Source: Bacilli bacterium (lineage in GTDB: Bacteria; Bacillota_I; Bacilli_A; RF39; UBA660). Taken from it: a stretch of 64,000 nt of DNA. Below are positions 1-8,562 of the stretch, in pieces. The stretch is from assembly GCA_046704245.1 (NCBI GenBank), contig JBJKSD010000019.1:11708-75707 (forward strand), read 5' to 3'. Positions within the stretch are counted from its first letter, which is position 1; each line of letters starts with the position of its first letter. The position numbers and the translations under genes were made by a program. Under the pieces are notes generated by a model. It searched no databases, was not told the DNA's origin, and saw nothing but the letters and a program-made list of their open reading frames with translations.

Positions 1-226
1 CATAACGTTCATAATCTAATAGATTTAGTTTAGCTAATTTTTGAACCATACTAGTAGAAGAAGGGGGATGGACATTTAAGGCATTAGATAATTCAAAGAT
101 TCTAGTAAAACCATTAGTTTTAGATAGACGATAGATCATCTCTAAATAATCTTCCATTGAGGGTGTTAACTTTTTTTCTTCTTGTTTCATATATTCAGTA
201 AAAGTATGAAATTCTTGGTCATTCAT
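1..226 (-). CDS. mntR: Mn-dependent transcriptional regulator MntR (DtxR family), 3' part truncated by the window edge
   Basis: The reverse-complement ORF starting at the ATG complementary to 224-226 translates MNDQEFHTFTEYMKQEEKKLTPSMEDYLEMIYRLSKTNGFTRIFELSNALNVHPPSSTSMVQKLAKLNLLDYERY. This is the DtxR/MntR N-terminal HTH signature. A GAGGTG SD lies upstream. The gene is divergent from the NRAMP transporter. Confidence 0.6.
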   Translation of the reverse strand, partial: MNDQEFHTFTEYMKQEEKKLTPSMEDYLEMIYRLSKTNGFTRIFELSNALNVHPPSSTSMVQKLAKLNLLDYERY

Positions 227-355
227 AGGACACCTCTTAGTTATTTTATTATATGAAAAAAAATACTAATTCATGATATGTGTCTAGAACCAATATAGGT
301 AATTAATCATAAATTAAGATATATTAACTAAATTAGGTTTAACTAACATAGATAG

Positions 356-1588
356 GTGATACTAATGGCATGGATTAGAAAAAATCAATTATTTAAATTT
401 TTGGGACCAGCTTTTATAGTTAGTGTAGCATATATTGATCCAGGTAATTTTGCTACTAATATTAGTGGTGGTTCAATCTTTAATTATAAACTTGTATGGG
501 TTATCTTATGGAGTAATCTAATGGCTATCTTTTTACAAATTAATTCTGCTAAATTAGGGATAGCTACTGATAAAAATTTATCACAAGTATGTCGTGATGT
601 TTTTTCAGTAAAGGCTAATTGGTTCTTATGGTTCTTTGCTGAATTAGGTGCTATTGCTACTACTATGGCTGAATTCTTAGGTGGTGCTTTAGGTTTCTAT
701 TTATTATTTGGTATTCCTTTACCAATAGCTGGTATTATGACTGGTATTATTACTTTTTGTATTGTCTATATGCAAAAATACGGCCAAAGAGCTGTTGAAA
801 TTATTATTTCTATCTTAGTAGCAGTAATATGTATTGCTTATGGTATAGAAATGTTCTTAGCAAGGCCAGATTGGTTAGAAATAGGTATTCATACTCTAAT
901 ACCATCTTTACCTAATGGTGAGGCTGTATTGATTGCTGTAGGCATGTTAGGAGCAACGGTAATGCCTCATGTAATATTCTTACATTCAGAATTAGTGCAA
1001 GTACGTAATAAACATACTAAATATGAAGAAAAAGCTCATCATTTAAGGATGGAAAAGATCGATATTATTATTGCTATGAATATTGCTTTCTTAGTTAATG
1101 CGGCTATGGTTATTGTATCAGCAGCTGTATTCTATCAACAAGGTTTAGTAGTTAATTCGATAGAAATGGCTCACTATTCGTTAGAACCTCTATTAGGAAA
1201 ATTATCTAGTACAGCTTTTGGTATGGCTCTTTTAGCATCAGGCTTTTCTTCATCAGCTGTAGGAGCAATGGCTGGCGAATCAGTAATGGATGGTTTTGTT
1301 AATGTTCAATTATCTAGTATTATTAAACGATTAATAACTATGGGGCCGGCCATGTTAGTAATTATTATAGGTGTCAATCCAATGCGTGCTCTATTATTAA
1401 GTCAAGTAAGTTTAAGTTTTGTTTTACCAATGGCTATTATTCCAATGCTTATTATTACTTGTAATAAAAAAATTATGGGCAGGTTTGTTAATAACCAAAT
1501 AACTAAAGTAGTAGGTATTATTATTGCTAGTTTAATTATTATCTTAAATATAATATTATTATATCTAACATTTACTGGTAAAGTCTAA
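356..1588 (+). CDS. mntH: NRAMP family divalent metal (Mn2+/Fe2+) transporter MntH
   Basis: 410-aa polytopic membrane protein with NRAMP motifs (DPGNFATNI, GATVMPHVIFLHS, consensus transport motif region). Divergent from mntR. Confidence 0.85.
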   Translation: MILMAWIRKNQLFKFLGPAFIVSVAYIDPGNFATNISGGSIFNYKLVWVILWSNLMAIFLQINSAKLGIATDKNLSQVCRDVFSVKANWFLWFFAELGAIATTMAEFLGGALGFYLLFGIPLPIAGIMTGIITFCIVYMQKYGQRAVEIIISILVAVICIAYGIEMFLARPDWLEIGIHTLIPSLPNGEAVLIAVGMLGATVMPHVIFLHSELVQVRNKHTKYEEKAHHLRMEKIDIIIAMNIAFLVNAAMVIVSAAVFYQQGLVVNSIEMAHYSLEPLLGKLSSTAFGMALLASGFSSSAVGAMAGESVMDGFVNVQLSSIIKRLITMGPAMLVIIIGVNPMRALLLSQVSLSFVLPMAIIPMLIITCNKKIMGRFVNNQITKVVGIIIASLIIILNIILLYLTFTGKV

Positions 1589-1645
1589 ATAAAGACTTGA
1601 AAATAATTAACTTAAATGTTATAATTACTGGTGTTTTAAGGGAAT

Positions 1646-1719
1646 GGGGCTGTAGCCAAGTGGTAAGGCATGGGACTGCAACTCCCTGAGCATCGGTTCA
1701 AATCCGTTCGGCCCCTCCA
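1646..1719 (+). tRNA. tRNA-Cys (GCA)
   Basis: 74-nt cloverleaf. Acceptor GGGGCTG/CGGCCCC, T-loop TTCAAAT, anticodon loop CTGCAAC with GCA, encoded CCA end. Confidence 0.85.
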
Positions 1720-1783
1720 AATATAAAAATAAGAAGGTCTATGAGAAATTATAGATTTTTTTTATGATTTGTAAAAGGGATTT

Positions 1784-2275
1784 ATGTATTGTATAATGAA
1801 GATTAATAGGAGTTATTATATGATTGTTAATTATTCTGATAAGCCGGTATTAAAAGGGAAAAAATCAATTTTTCTTGCGGGTCCAACCCCTAGAAGTATT
1901 AATGTTAAATCATGGAGACCTGAAGCAATAGAGATCTTAAATTCTTTAAAATTTGATGGGATAGTTTATGTACCAGAAAGAGAATTTGATGACCGTACAT
2001 TTGATTATATTAAACAGGTATGGTGGGAAAGAGAAGGGCTACACAATGCCGATGTAATTGTTTTCTGGGTTCCAAGAGCAATATCTGATATGCCCGCTTT
2101 TACGACGAATGTTGAATTTGGATATTGGTTAGCAAAAAACAAAGAAAAAGTAATATATGGTAGACCTGATAGCGCCGAAAAAATCAGATATTTAGATTGG
2201 TTATATCAAACAGAAACAAAAAGATTACCAATTAATAATCTTAGAGATACCTTAAAAAAGCGATTAGAATTTTAA
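1784..2275 (+). CDS. hypothetical protein (possible nucleoside 2-deoxyribosyltransferase-like fold)
   Basis: 163-aa ORF with a KSIFLAGP...VYVPE pattern reminiscent of Rossmann-like nucleoside deoxyribosyltransferase-like families. The assignment is weak. Confidence 0.3.
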   Translation: MYCIMKINRSYYMIVNYSDKPVLKGKKSIFLAGPTPRSINVKSWRPEAIEILNSLKFDGIVYVPEREFDDRTFDYIKQVWWEREGLHNADVIVFWVPRAISDMPAFTTNVEFGYWLAKNKEKVIYGRPDSAEKIRYLDWLYQTETKRLPINNLRDTLKKRLEF

Positions 2276-2345
2276 ATAGAAAAGCAAAATAATATTATAT
2301 ATTTTTAAAAAAAATTAGTGAGTCGTTTTTTTTCTTTCAAAATAT

Positions 2346-2376
2346 AAAAAACTGCTTAATAAGCAGTTTTTCTTTT
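2346..2376. terminator. Rho-independent terminator (perfect palindrome CTGCTTAATAAGCAG followed by a T-run)
   Basis: Hairpin at 2353-2367 plus TTTTTCTTTT, read directly from the sequence. Confidence 0.6.
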
Positions 2377-2424
2377 GAGCATCTATATATCTTTTTCATA
2401 TATTAATAAGAAAAGGTTTAATAT

Positions 2425-2766
2425 ATGGATGAAAATGAAAAAAAATTATTTAGTAATATATCACCAATAGAATGGACAGTTTTATCAAATACTATTGGAT
2501 ATTTATTAATAGATGATTTAGATGCTGATCAATTAAACACTTTAAGTGAATTTTTTGACTTAATCTCACAAGTTTTAGCAACCGTAGGTGATCAAAAAGA
2601 ATTATTAGAAAACATTCAAACTGAAAAGAAAAGAAAGAAGATGGAACAAGATATAAAAAAATTGCAAGAGAAGGTAGAGCAATTAGAGAATAGTTTAAAC
2701 GATCACCTATATGGAGTAAATGGCAAACAATCTTCAAGTAGTAGCCTATCTAGTAAACCCAAATAA
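2425..2766 (+). CDS. hypothetical coiled-coil protein
   Basis: 113-aa ORF with a K/E-rich coiled-coil C-terminus. No recognisable family. Confidence 0.4.
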   Translation: MDENEKKLFSNISPIEWTVLSNTIGYLLIDDLDADQLNTLSEFFDLISQVLATVGDQKELLENIQTEKKRKKMEQDIKKLQEKVEQLENSLNDHLYGVNGKQSSSSSLSSKPK

Positions 2767-2797
2767 TTTATAGTATAATAAAATTATAGAGGTTTAT

Positions 2798-3136
2798 ATG
2801 GGGAATGCATCAATAAGTGAGATTAAATGTGTTAAAAAATATGGTTATATATGCATGCAAACAGAAGATAATCAGAATAATATTCAACGCTTTTTATTGT
2901 TTCGAGAAGATGGAAAATCATTTGAATTGAAAGATATAGCAGAATTACCTTATACCATGACCGAACAAATTATGCAAAAGCAATCCCAAGATAGAGACGT
3001 TGAAGAAGATACTTTTAAATATTTAAGGTATGAATTAGCGGAAGATAAAAAATCAGTGGAGATTACTATTCAAAATAGAAAATTTGATAAGAGTAAAAAT
3101 CCTTTAATTCTTGCAAGAAGAATAGAGAAATTTTGA
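2798..3136 (+). CDS. hypothetical protein
   Basis: 112-aa ORF with reasonable codon usage. No recognisable motifs. Confidence 0.35.
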   Translation: MGNASISEIKCVKKYGYICMQTEDNQNNIQRFLLFREDGKSFELKDIAELPYTMTEQIMQKQSQDRDVEEDTFKYLRYELAEDKKSVEITIQNRKFDKSKNPLILARRIEKF

Positions 3137-3156
3137 AATATAACAACTTAAAATAG

Positions 3157-3807
3157 TTGTTAATTTTTTTATCCAGTGCTATTATGATAATAGGTGATAA
3201 GATGAAAAAATTAGCATGGTTAATTATAATATTATTAAGTATTTTTATATTAATTTGGTTAAGTACTATTACTAGAATTAGTGCTAATTTTGATAGTTAT
3301 ATCTATCAGAAAGTTATTTTATTATTATCACCAATAGATACTAAAATAGCTATTTTTATTAGTGATATAGGAAGTGCTTTACCTATTACTATTTTTTGTG
3401 TAATATTGTTACTTATATATAAAACTAGATATAGGTGGGGTTTTCCTCTTTCAATAGCTATGATTACCTCAAGTGAATTAAACTTAATATTTAAAGATAT
3501 ATTTGGCAGAGAAAGACCTAATATATTACGTTTAGTTAATGAAACTGATTATAGTTTCCCAAGTGGACATGCTATGAGTAATGCAACATTATATATTTTA
3601 TTAATATTATTGATATTAAAATATATAAAGAATAAAAAAATAAAAATAATATTAATAATGTTAAGTATTTTATTAACTATTTTAATAGGTATTAGTAGAA
3701 TATATTTAGGAGTTCATTATGCTACTGATATTATTGGTGGATGGATATTAGGAGCTAGTATAGCATTAATAATATTCAATCTTTGGAATTATTTAAATAA
3801 AGAATAA
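3157..3807 (+). CDS. PAP2 superfamily phosphatase (undecaprenyl-diphosphate / phosphatidic acid phosphatase type)
   Basis: PAP2 motifs KDIFGRERP, SFPSGHA and SRIYLGVHYATD. Multi-TM protein. Confidence 0.75.
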   Translation: MLIFLSSAIMIIGDKMKKLAWLIIILLSIFILIWLSTITRISANFDSYIYQKVILLLSPIDTKIAIFISDIGSALPITIFCVILLLIYKTRYRWGFPLSIAMITSSELNLIFKDIFGRERPNILRLVNETDYSFPSGHAMSNATLYILLILLILKYIKNKKIKIILIMLSILLTILIGISRIYLGVHYATDIIGGWILGASIALIIFNLWNYLNKE

Positions 3808-3851
3808 AAGATATTGCCCATTATATATATTTTTGATATAATGGGTTGAGT

Positions 3852-3925
3852 GCAGATGTGGTTCAATGGTAGAATGTCACCTTGCCAAGGTGAAGACGCG
3901 GGTTCGATTCCCGTCATTTGCTCCA
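3852..3925 (+). tRNA. tRNA-Gly (GCC)
   Basis: Acceptor GCAGATG/CATTTGC, anticodon stem TCACC/GGTGA with loop TTGCCAA, T-loop TTCGATT, encoded CCA. Confidence 0.85.
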
Positions 3926-3934
3926 TATAAAAAT

Positions 3935-3966
3935 AAAACACAGTTATTAATAACTGTGTTTTTCTT
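3935..3966. terminator. Rho-independent terminator (AACACAGTTATTAATAACTGTGTT plus T-run), bidirectional
   Basis: Inverted repeat at 3937-3960. It serves tRNA-Gly on the plus strand and the convergent minus-strand ORF. Confidence 0.55.
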
Positions 3967-4657
3967 GTCTGTATTTAATTAAGAATATTGTTAGTATAAT
4001 GTTTGCTATTACTGATACAACTAATCCACTAATAATATATGGATTTATAGTATTATTATCTTCTTCATCTAAAGTATCACAGGTTGTATTTTTGTCTGTA
4101 CAATCACATTCTTTTTCTTCACACTTAGGGCATTCTTTACAGGCAGGACAATCATCTGCTGCGGTATAGCTTTTATTTACAATTCTTGTTTGAAAAATGT
4201 TTTTATAAATTGGATCTAAGTTAGAGCCTCCCTCATAATAATCAGTACCAAATAAATAGGTATAACCTAATTCGGCATCAGAGAGCACTTTAAATTTTAA
4301 GGTTACAATGGTAGTGCTTTTTGTAAATGGTCCCCAGGCTGCTTTAGGAATAGTAAGAAGAAAATCATCATCATCATAAGTAATATCATATGATGATGAG
4401 CTAGAAACATATTCTAGTTTTAATCTATCATATGGGAATTCTATTTCTTCTTGTTCTTCATAACTCATATAAAAAAGGCCTATACCTGGTTCTAAATAGA
4501 TATCAAATTCAACAGTTTCTCCCTTTTTAATTAATGTTGGCCCCGTTACTTTATAACCCCCAGGCCCCGAAGCATAGATCTTTGGATTGTAAAAACAAAA
4601 TATAGTTAAGAATAATAAAAATATAAAAAACTTTCTCAACTTCTCCCTTCCTTTCAA
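3947..4657 (-). CDS. hypothetical secreted, C-terminally membrane-anchored Cys-rich protein
   Basis: N-terminal signal peptide (FFIFLLFLTIFCFYNPKIYASG), Cys-rich acidic segment (DDCPACKECPKCEEKECDCTDKNTTCDT), C-terminal TM helix followed by basic residues. Confidence 0.5.
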   Translation of the reverse strand: MKGREKLRKFFIFLLFLTIFCFYNPKIYASGPGGYKVTGPTLIKKGETVEFDIYLEPGIGLFYMSYEEQEEIEFPYDRLKLEYVSSSSSYDITYDDDDFLLTIPKAAWGPFTKSTTIVTLKFKVLSDAELGYTYLFGTDYYEGGSNLDPIYKNIFQTRIVNKSYTAADDCPACKECPKCEEKECDCTDKNTTCDTLDEEDNNTINPYIISGLVVSVIANIILTIFLIKYRQEKHSY

Positions 4658-4730
4658 TAATAATATAACATAATTAAATCTAATAGTAAATTGTTATCAT
4701 ATTATGATAAAATAAGCTTTAGGTGGTTTT

Positions 4731-5339
4731 ATGGGGAAATTTTCTAATATATTAACTATGCTAGAGTTATTAAGTAATGGTCAGAAATATAGCATTAAAG
4801 AATTAAGTGAACGTTTAGAAGTAACTAATAGAATGATACGTGTTTATAAAGAAGAATTAGAGATAGCTGGTATTTATATTGATACTATTAGAGGGCCTTA
4901 TGGAGGGTATGTATTAAATAATAGTTCATTATTACCACCAAGAAATTTTAGTAAATATGATATTGATCTACTTAAAAATATAAATAATTTAGTTAAAGAT
5001 AGACTAGATAAACGTTTACAATTAGAATATAATGCTTTGATTGATAAAGTCCAAGGTCTATATCAAGGTACGAAGAAAAAAAGTAATAATATGGTAATTA
5101 ATGATGATGAAAAAGAAAAATATAATGTGTTATCTAAAGCCATTAAAGAAAAACGAAAAGTATTGATTAACTTTTTATCAGCTGATGGTATTACTATAGA
5201 AAGAATTATTCATCCTAGTAATATATATCTATATAATGATTCATGGTATGTCGCAACATATTGTGAATTGAGAAGCGATATGAGACATTTTAGATTAGCT
5301 AGAATAATTGATTATAAACTTCTTGATCAGAAATATTAG
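4731..5339 (+). CDS. HTH-WYL domain transcriptional regulator (YafY-like)
   Basis: N-terminal DeoR-like HTH (ILTMLELLSNGQKYSIKELSERLEVTNRMIRVY) and a C-terminal WYL-like segment (SWYVATYCELRSDMRHFRLARI). Confidence 0.55.
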   Translation: MGKFSNILTMLELLSNGQKYSIKELSERLEVTNRMIRVYKEELEIAGIYIDTIRGPYGGYVLNNSSLLPPRNFSKYDIDLLKNINNLVKDRLDKRLQLEYNALIDKVQGLYQGTKKKSNNMVINDDEKEKYNVLSKAIKEKRKVLINFLSADGITIERIIHPSNIYLYNDSWYVATYCELRSDMRHFRLARIIDYKLLDQKY

Positions 5340-5412
5340 AATAGTGACGATATATTACCTCTTTAAGTATTATCATAATACTTAAAGAGTTTTTATTAGA
5401 GAGGAATGTAAT

Positions 5413-5991
5413 ATGAAAGAAATAGTATTTGTTACCAGTAATGAAGGGAAGGTTAAATCGGCGCAAAAATATTTTAAAGACATTAGCTTAATACCTTATA
5501 ATTATGAATTAATTGAACCTAGAAGTGATGATATAGAAGAAATAGCAATATCAAAAGTAAAACAAGCTTATGATTTGGTACAACAACCATGTATAGCAGT
5601 AGATGCTGGTTTTTATATTAAGGCTATAAATAATTTTCCTAGAGCTAATGTGAATTTTATTTTAAAGACTATAGGGCTTAAGGGCATCTTAAAATTAATG
5701 GTTGGTATAGAAGATAGAGATTGTTATTTTGCTCAATGTTTAGCGTATTACGATGGAAAAGAAATTAAATGTTTTTATAATGAGAATCACGGCCAATTAG
5801 CTACTGAAATTAGACAGGGTAATTCAGAGTATAAATGGTCAGAATTATGGCATATTTTTATTCCTAATAATTGTGATAAGACTTTATGTGAAATGTCTAA
5901 CGGTGAAAGAACACAAGCTAATTCTGATAGTATATCCGTTTTTCAACAATTTGCTGACTGGTATAAAACCCCATACGTTAAAACAAAATAA
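5413..5991 (+). CDS. Ham1/RdgB-like non-canonical purine NTP pyrophosphatase
   Basis: N-terminus IVFVTSNEGKV (cf. RdgB VLATGNxGKV) and a later VDAGF (cf. ADDSGL) pattern. Confidence 0.5.
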   Translation: MKEIVFVTSNEGKVKSAQKYFKDISLIPYNYELIEPRSDDIEEIAISKVKQAYDLVQQPCIAVDAGFYIKAINNFPRANVNFILKTIGLKGILKLMVGIEDRDCYFAQCLAYYDGKEIKCFYNENHGQLATEIRQGNSEYKWSELWHIFIPNNCDKTLCEMSNGERTQANSDSISVFQQFADWYKTPYVKTK

Positions 5992-6068
5992 CATTTGACA
6001 AATTAATTTATATCCCTATTAAATCAATTGACATTAATATTAAATTATTATAATCTTATAATAAGGAG

Positions 6069-6752
6069 ATGTATATGGAAAAAATTATAAAGGGATTAAA
6101 TGCCATTATAATTGCTATTTGTTCATTTATTATTATAGTCAATCTAATTCATTATTTTCAGGTTAGATATTCTAAAGAAGTAGTTTTTAGTGATAATAAT
6201 AAAATATACAAAGAAACATTAGATGATATTGATAATAATTTAGATAAATTTGATCTAACTAATTATAATGGTAAATTAACTAAAGGATTTTTAAATGATG
6301 TATACGCTAATCTTAATAACTGTTTAGTTAAATTAAAAGCTATGACTTTCTTAGATTATACAGGTACAAAAAGAGTAAATATTAAGGATATTGCTAGAAT
6401 GTATAATAATTATATTGCTAATGAATGTAGTGAAGAAATGCGTTGGTTTTATGACCTAAATGATAGTAAAGATTATACTAGTTTAGATAGAGCGCAGTTT
6501 ACTAAAATAGCTCCATATATTCAAAAGTTCACTTATTTATATTTATTTGCGGGTCCAGATACTTGGGAATATTTGATTGAAAATAGCCACTACTATTTAC
6601 ATTTATATAGTTATCCTAATTATGCTCCTGGTACAGATCCATTAGCATCTAATTACTGGCAAATGCTCTATGCAAGTAGTAGAGAAGCAGATGTTATAGA
6701 AGAATTATCAGATTGGTTATTAGATGAAATCGGTGGTGGTAATAATGAATAA
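6069..6752 (+). CDS. hypothetical membrane-anchored protein
   Basis: 227-aa ORF with an N-terminal TM helix. No recognisable family. Confidence 0.4.
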   Translation: MYMEKIIKGLNAIIIAICSFIIIVNLIHYFQVRYSKEVVFSDNNKIYKETLDDIDNNLDKFDLTNYNGKLTKGFLNDVYANLNNCLVKLKAMTFLDYTGTKRVNIKDIARMYNNYIANECSEEMRWFYDLNDSKDYTSLDRAQFTKIAPYIQKFTYLYLFAGPDTWEYLIENSHYYLHLYSYPNYAPGTDPLASNYWQMLYASSREADVIEELSDWLLDEIGGGNNE

Positions 6753-7146
6753 AAAATTATATTTAATACGTAATATATTATTTTGTATAGTAACATTACC
6801 AGTATTATATCTATTACTATTTGTTGATATTTGGATTCTCTATGCTAATTTTGCTATTATGCTTATTGTCTTATTATTAGTAGCACTAGTAATTATTAAT
6901 AATGTTAAGAAACAAGCTAAAGTAAAATATAATAGAATGTATAATAAAATATTTTCACTAGCCATGTTAAGTATTTTCGTCATAGTCATGCGCGCTTTCT
7001 TTGATTCATTTCTAATGATGAGATATGAAGGCAATATTCGATTTGATGAAATATATTTTTCTAACAATGCTTTATTGATAGGTAGTTTATATTTCTTACT
7101 ATCAATATATAATATTTTACTAATGTATAAAAAAGGGCAAGAATAA
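6724..7146 (+). CDS. hypothetical integral membrane protein
   Basis: 140-aa protein with 3-4 predicted TM helices. Overlaps the upstream ORF (operon). Confidence 0.4.
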   Translation: MKSVVVIMNKKLYLIRNILFCIVTLPVLYLLLFVDIWILYANFAIMLIVLLLVALVIINNVKKQAKVKYNRMYNKIFSLAMLSIFVIVMRAFFDSFLMMRYEGNIRFDEIYFSNNALLIGSLYFLLSIYNILLMYKKGQE

Positions 7147-7160
7147 TTGCCCTTTTTATT
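7130..7160 (+). terminator. Rho-independent terminator (AAAGGGCAAGAATAATTGCCCTTT plus T-run)
   Basis: GC-containing stem at 7132-7155 that overlaps the stop codon. Confidence 0.6.
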
Positions 7161-7212
7161 GCTAAAAATTTATTAAAACTATATAATAATTAAATATGTA
7201 GGAAGTGATTAT

Positions 7213-7695
7213 ATGAAAAAGAGACAAGATTATATTAGTTGGGATGAATACTTTATGGGTATAGCTTTATTATCTGCTGAAAGAAGTAAAGATCCATCAA
7301 CACAAGTAGGAGCATGTATAGTAAGCGAAGATAATAAAATATTATCTATTGGTTATAATGGGGCTCCAATTGGATATAGTGATGATAAAATGAGTTGGGC
7401 TAGAGAAGGGGAATTTTTAGATACTAAATATCCTTATGTTGTTCATGCTGAATTAAATGCTATTTTAAATTATACTGGATCAACACTAAAAGGTTCTAGA
7501 ATATATGTGGCTTTATTTCCATGTAATGAATGTGCCAAAGCTATTATTCAATCAGGAATAAAAGAAGTGATATATTTATCTGATAAATATGCTGATAGTG
7601 ATAATACCAAGGCATCTAAAAAGATGTTTGATGAGTGTCGAGTAAAATATGCGCAATATAAAAAAACTTATCGTAAAATAAAAATAGAATTATAA
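7213..7695 (+). CDS. comEB: dCMP deaminase (ComEB family cytidine/deoxycytidylate deaminase)
   Basis: Zinc-binding motifs HAELNAI and PCNECAKAI. 160 aa. Confidence 0.8.
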   Translation: MKKRQDYISWDEYFMGIALLSAERSKDPSTQVGACIVSEDNKILSIGYNGAPIGYSDDKMSWAREGEFLDTKYPYVVHAELNAILNYTGSTLKGSRIYVALFPCNECAKAIIQSGIKEVIYLSDKYADSDNTKASKKMFDECRVKYAQYKKTYRKIKIEL

Positions 7696-7858
7696 TAGGA
7701 GGATAGTATGGATAAAGATCGATTTTACTAGAATTTGGGTGAAGTAGAAAAAGCTTATCAGAAGGTATATAAAAGTATTAAAGGTTCTAAATAAAATAGA
7801 TAAGTAATATTGACAATATTATAAAATTAGGTATAATTAAAAATGCCTACTTTTTAAT

Positions 7859-7932
7859 GCGGATGTAGTTTAGTGGTAGAACCTCAGCCTTCCAAGCTGA
7901 CTGCGAGGGTTCGATTCCCTTCATCCGCTCCA
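7859..7932 (+). tRNA. tRNA-Gly (UCC)
   Basis: Acceptor GCGGATG/CATCCGC, anticodon loop CTTCCAA (TCC), T-loop TTCGATT, CCA encoded. A terminator hairpin lies at 7946-7969. Confidence 0.85.
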
Positions 7933-7941
7933 TTAATTTAA

Positions 7942-7976
7942 AAATACTGTTTTTCTAATGAAAGACAGTTTTTTTG
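7942..7976 (+). terminator. Rho-independent terminator after tRNA-Gly (ACTGTTTTTCTAATGAAAGACAGT plus T7)
   Basis: Inverted repeat followed by a T-run, seen directly. Confidence 0.55.
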
Positions 7977-7995
7977 AAATGGAAAGGGTGATAAT

Positions 7996-8502
7996 ATGTC
8001 ATATAGAGAATATGATGATTTATATGAGAAAGCTCAACAAAAAGGAAAATATCGTATGTTTTCTTTTGACATGGTAAATAGTAAAAGAATAGGTGTTAAT
8101 AGAAAATATATTCAACTATTAACTATTAAAGCAATATTAAATGTTTATAATAGATTAAAATGTTTAGAAGAACAATTAAATAGAAAAATTCTACATACTA
8201 ATGATAATTTTTTTTCATTTGATGATATACCTTCTTCTGGTCAAATGATTAGTTATTTCATGGAGCCATTTAATATGGGAGACCAATTTGGTTTTACTAT
8301 TATAAATAATAGTATTGAATCAGAATTAGTTTATAAAATATGGCAAGAAGAAAAAGAAAAAGTTGGTTTAAAAGTTAAATTTCATTATGCTGATGTATTA
8401 TATGAAACAGATAATTATGAACAAGGTAATGAATTATATTTTAGGGGTTATTGTATATCTAAAGTTGAAGAGGTTAGTAAACAGAAAAAGAAAACTTTTT
8501 AA
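7996..8502 (+). CDS. hypothetical protein
   Basis: 168-aa ORF. No recognisable motifs. Confidence 0.4.
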   Translation: MSYREYDDLYEKAQQKGKYRMFSFDMVNSKRIGVNRKYIQLLTIKAILNVYNRLKCLEEQLNRKILHTNDNFFSFDDIPSSGQMISYFMEPFNMGDQFGFTIINNSIESELVYKIWQEEKEKVGLKVKFHYADVLYETDNYEQGNELYFRGYCISKVEEVSKQKKKTF

Positions 8503-8562
8503 AAATGTGTTTTCTTTTTATTTTAATTATATTGTAAACCCTTCACTGGTGTGCTATTATAA

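Noticed and set aside
2492-2737. 81-aa minus-strand ORF inside the 2425..2766 coiled-coil gene
   Set aside because: It is fully embedded antisense in an AT-rich region and the plus-strand ORF has the better coding character.
6840-7067. 75-aa minus-strand ORF overlapping the membrane protein gene 6724..7146
   Set aside because: It is an antisense shadow ORF with no independent signals.
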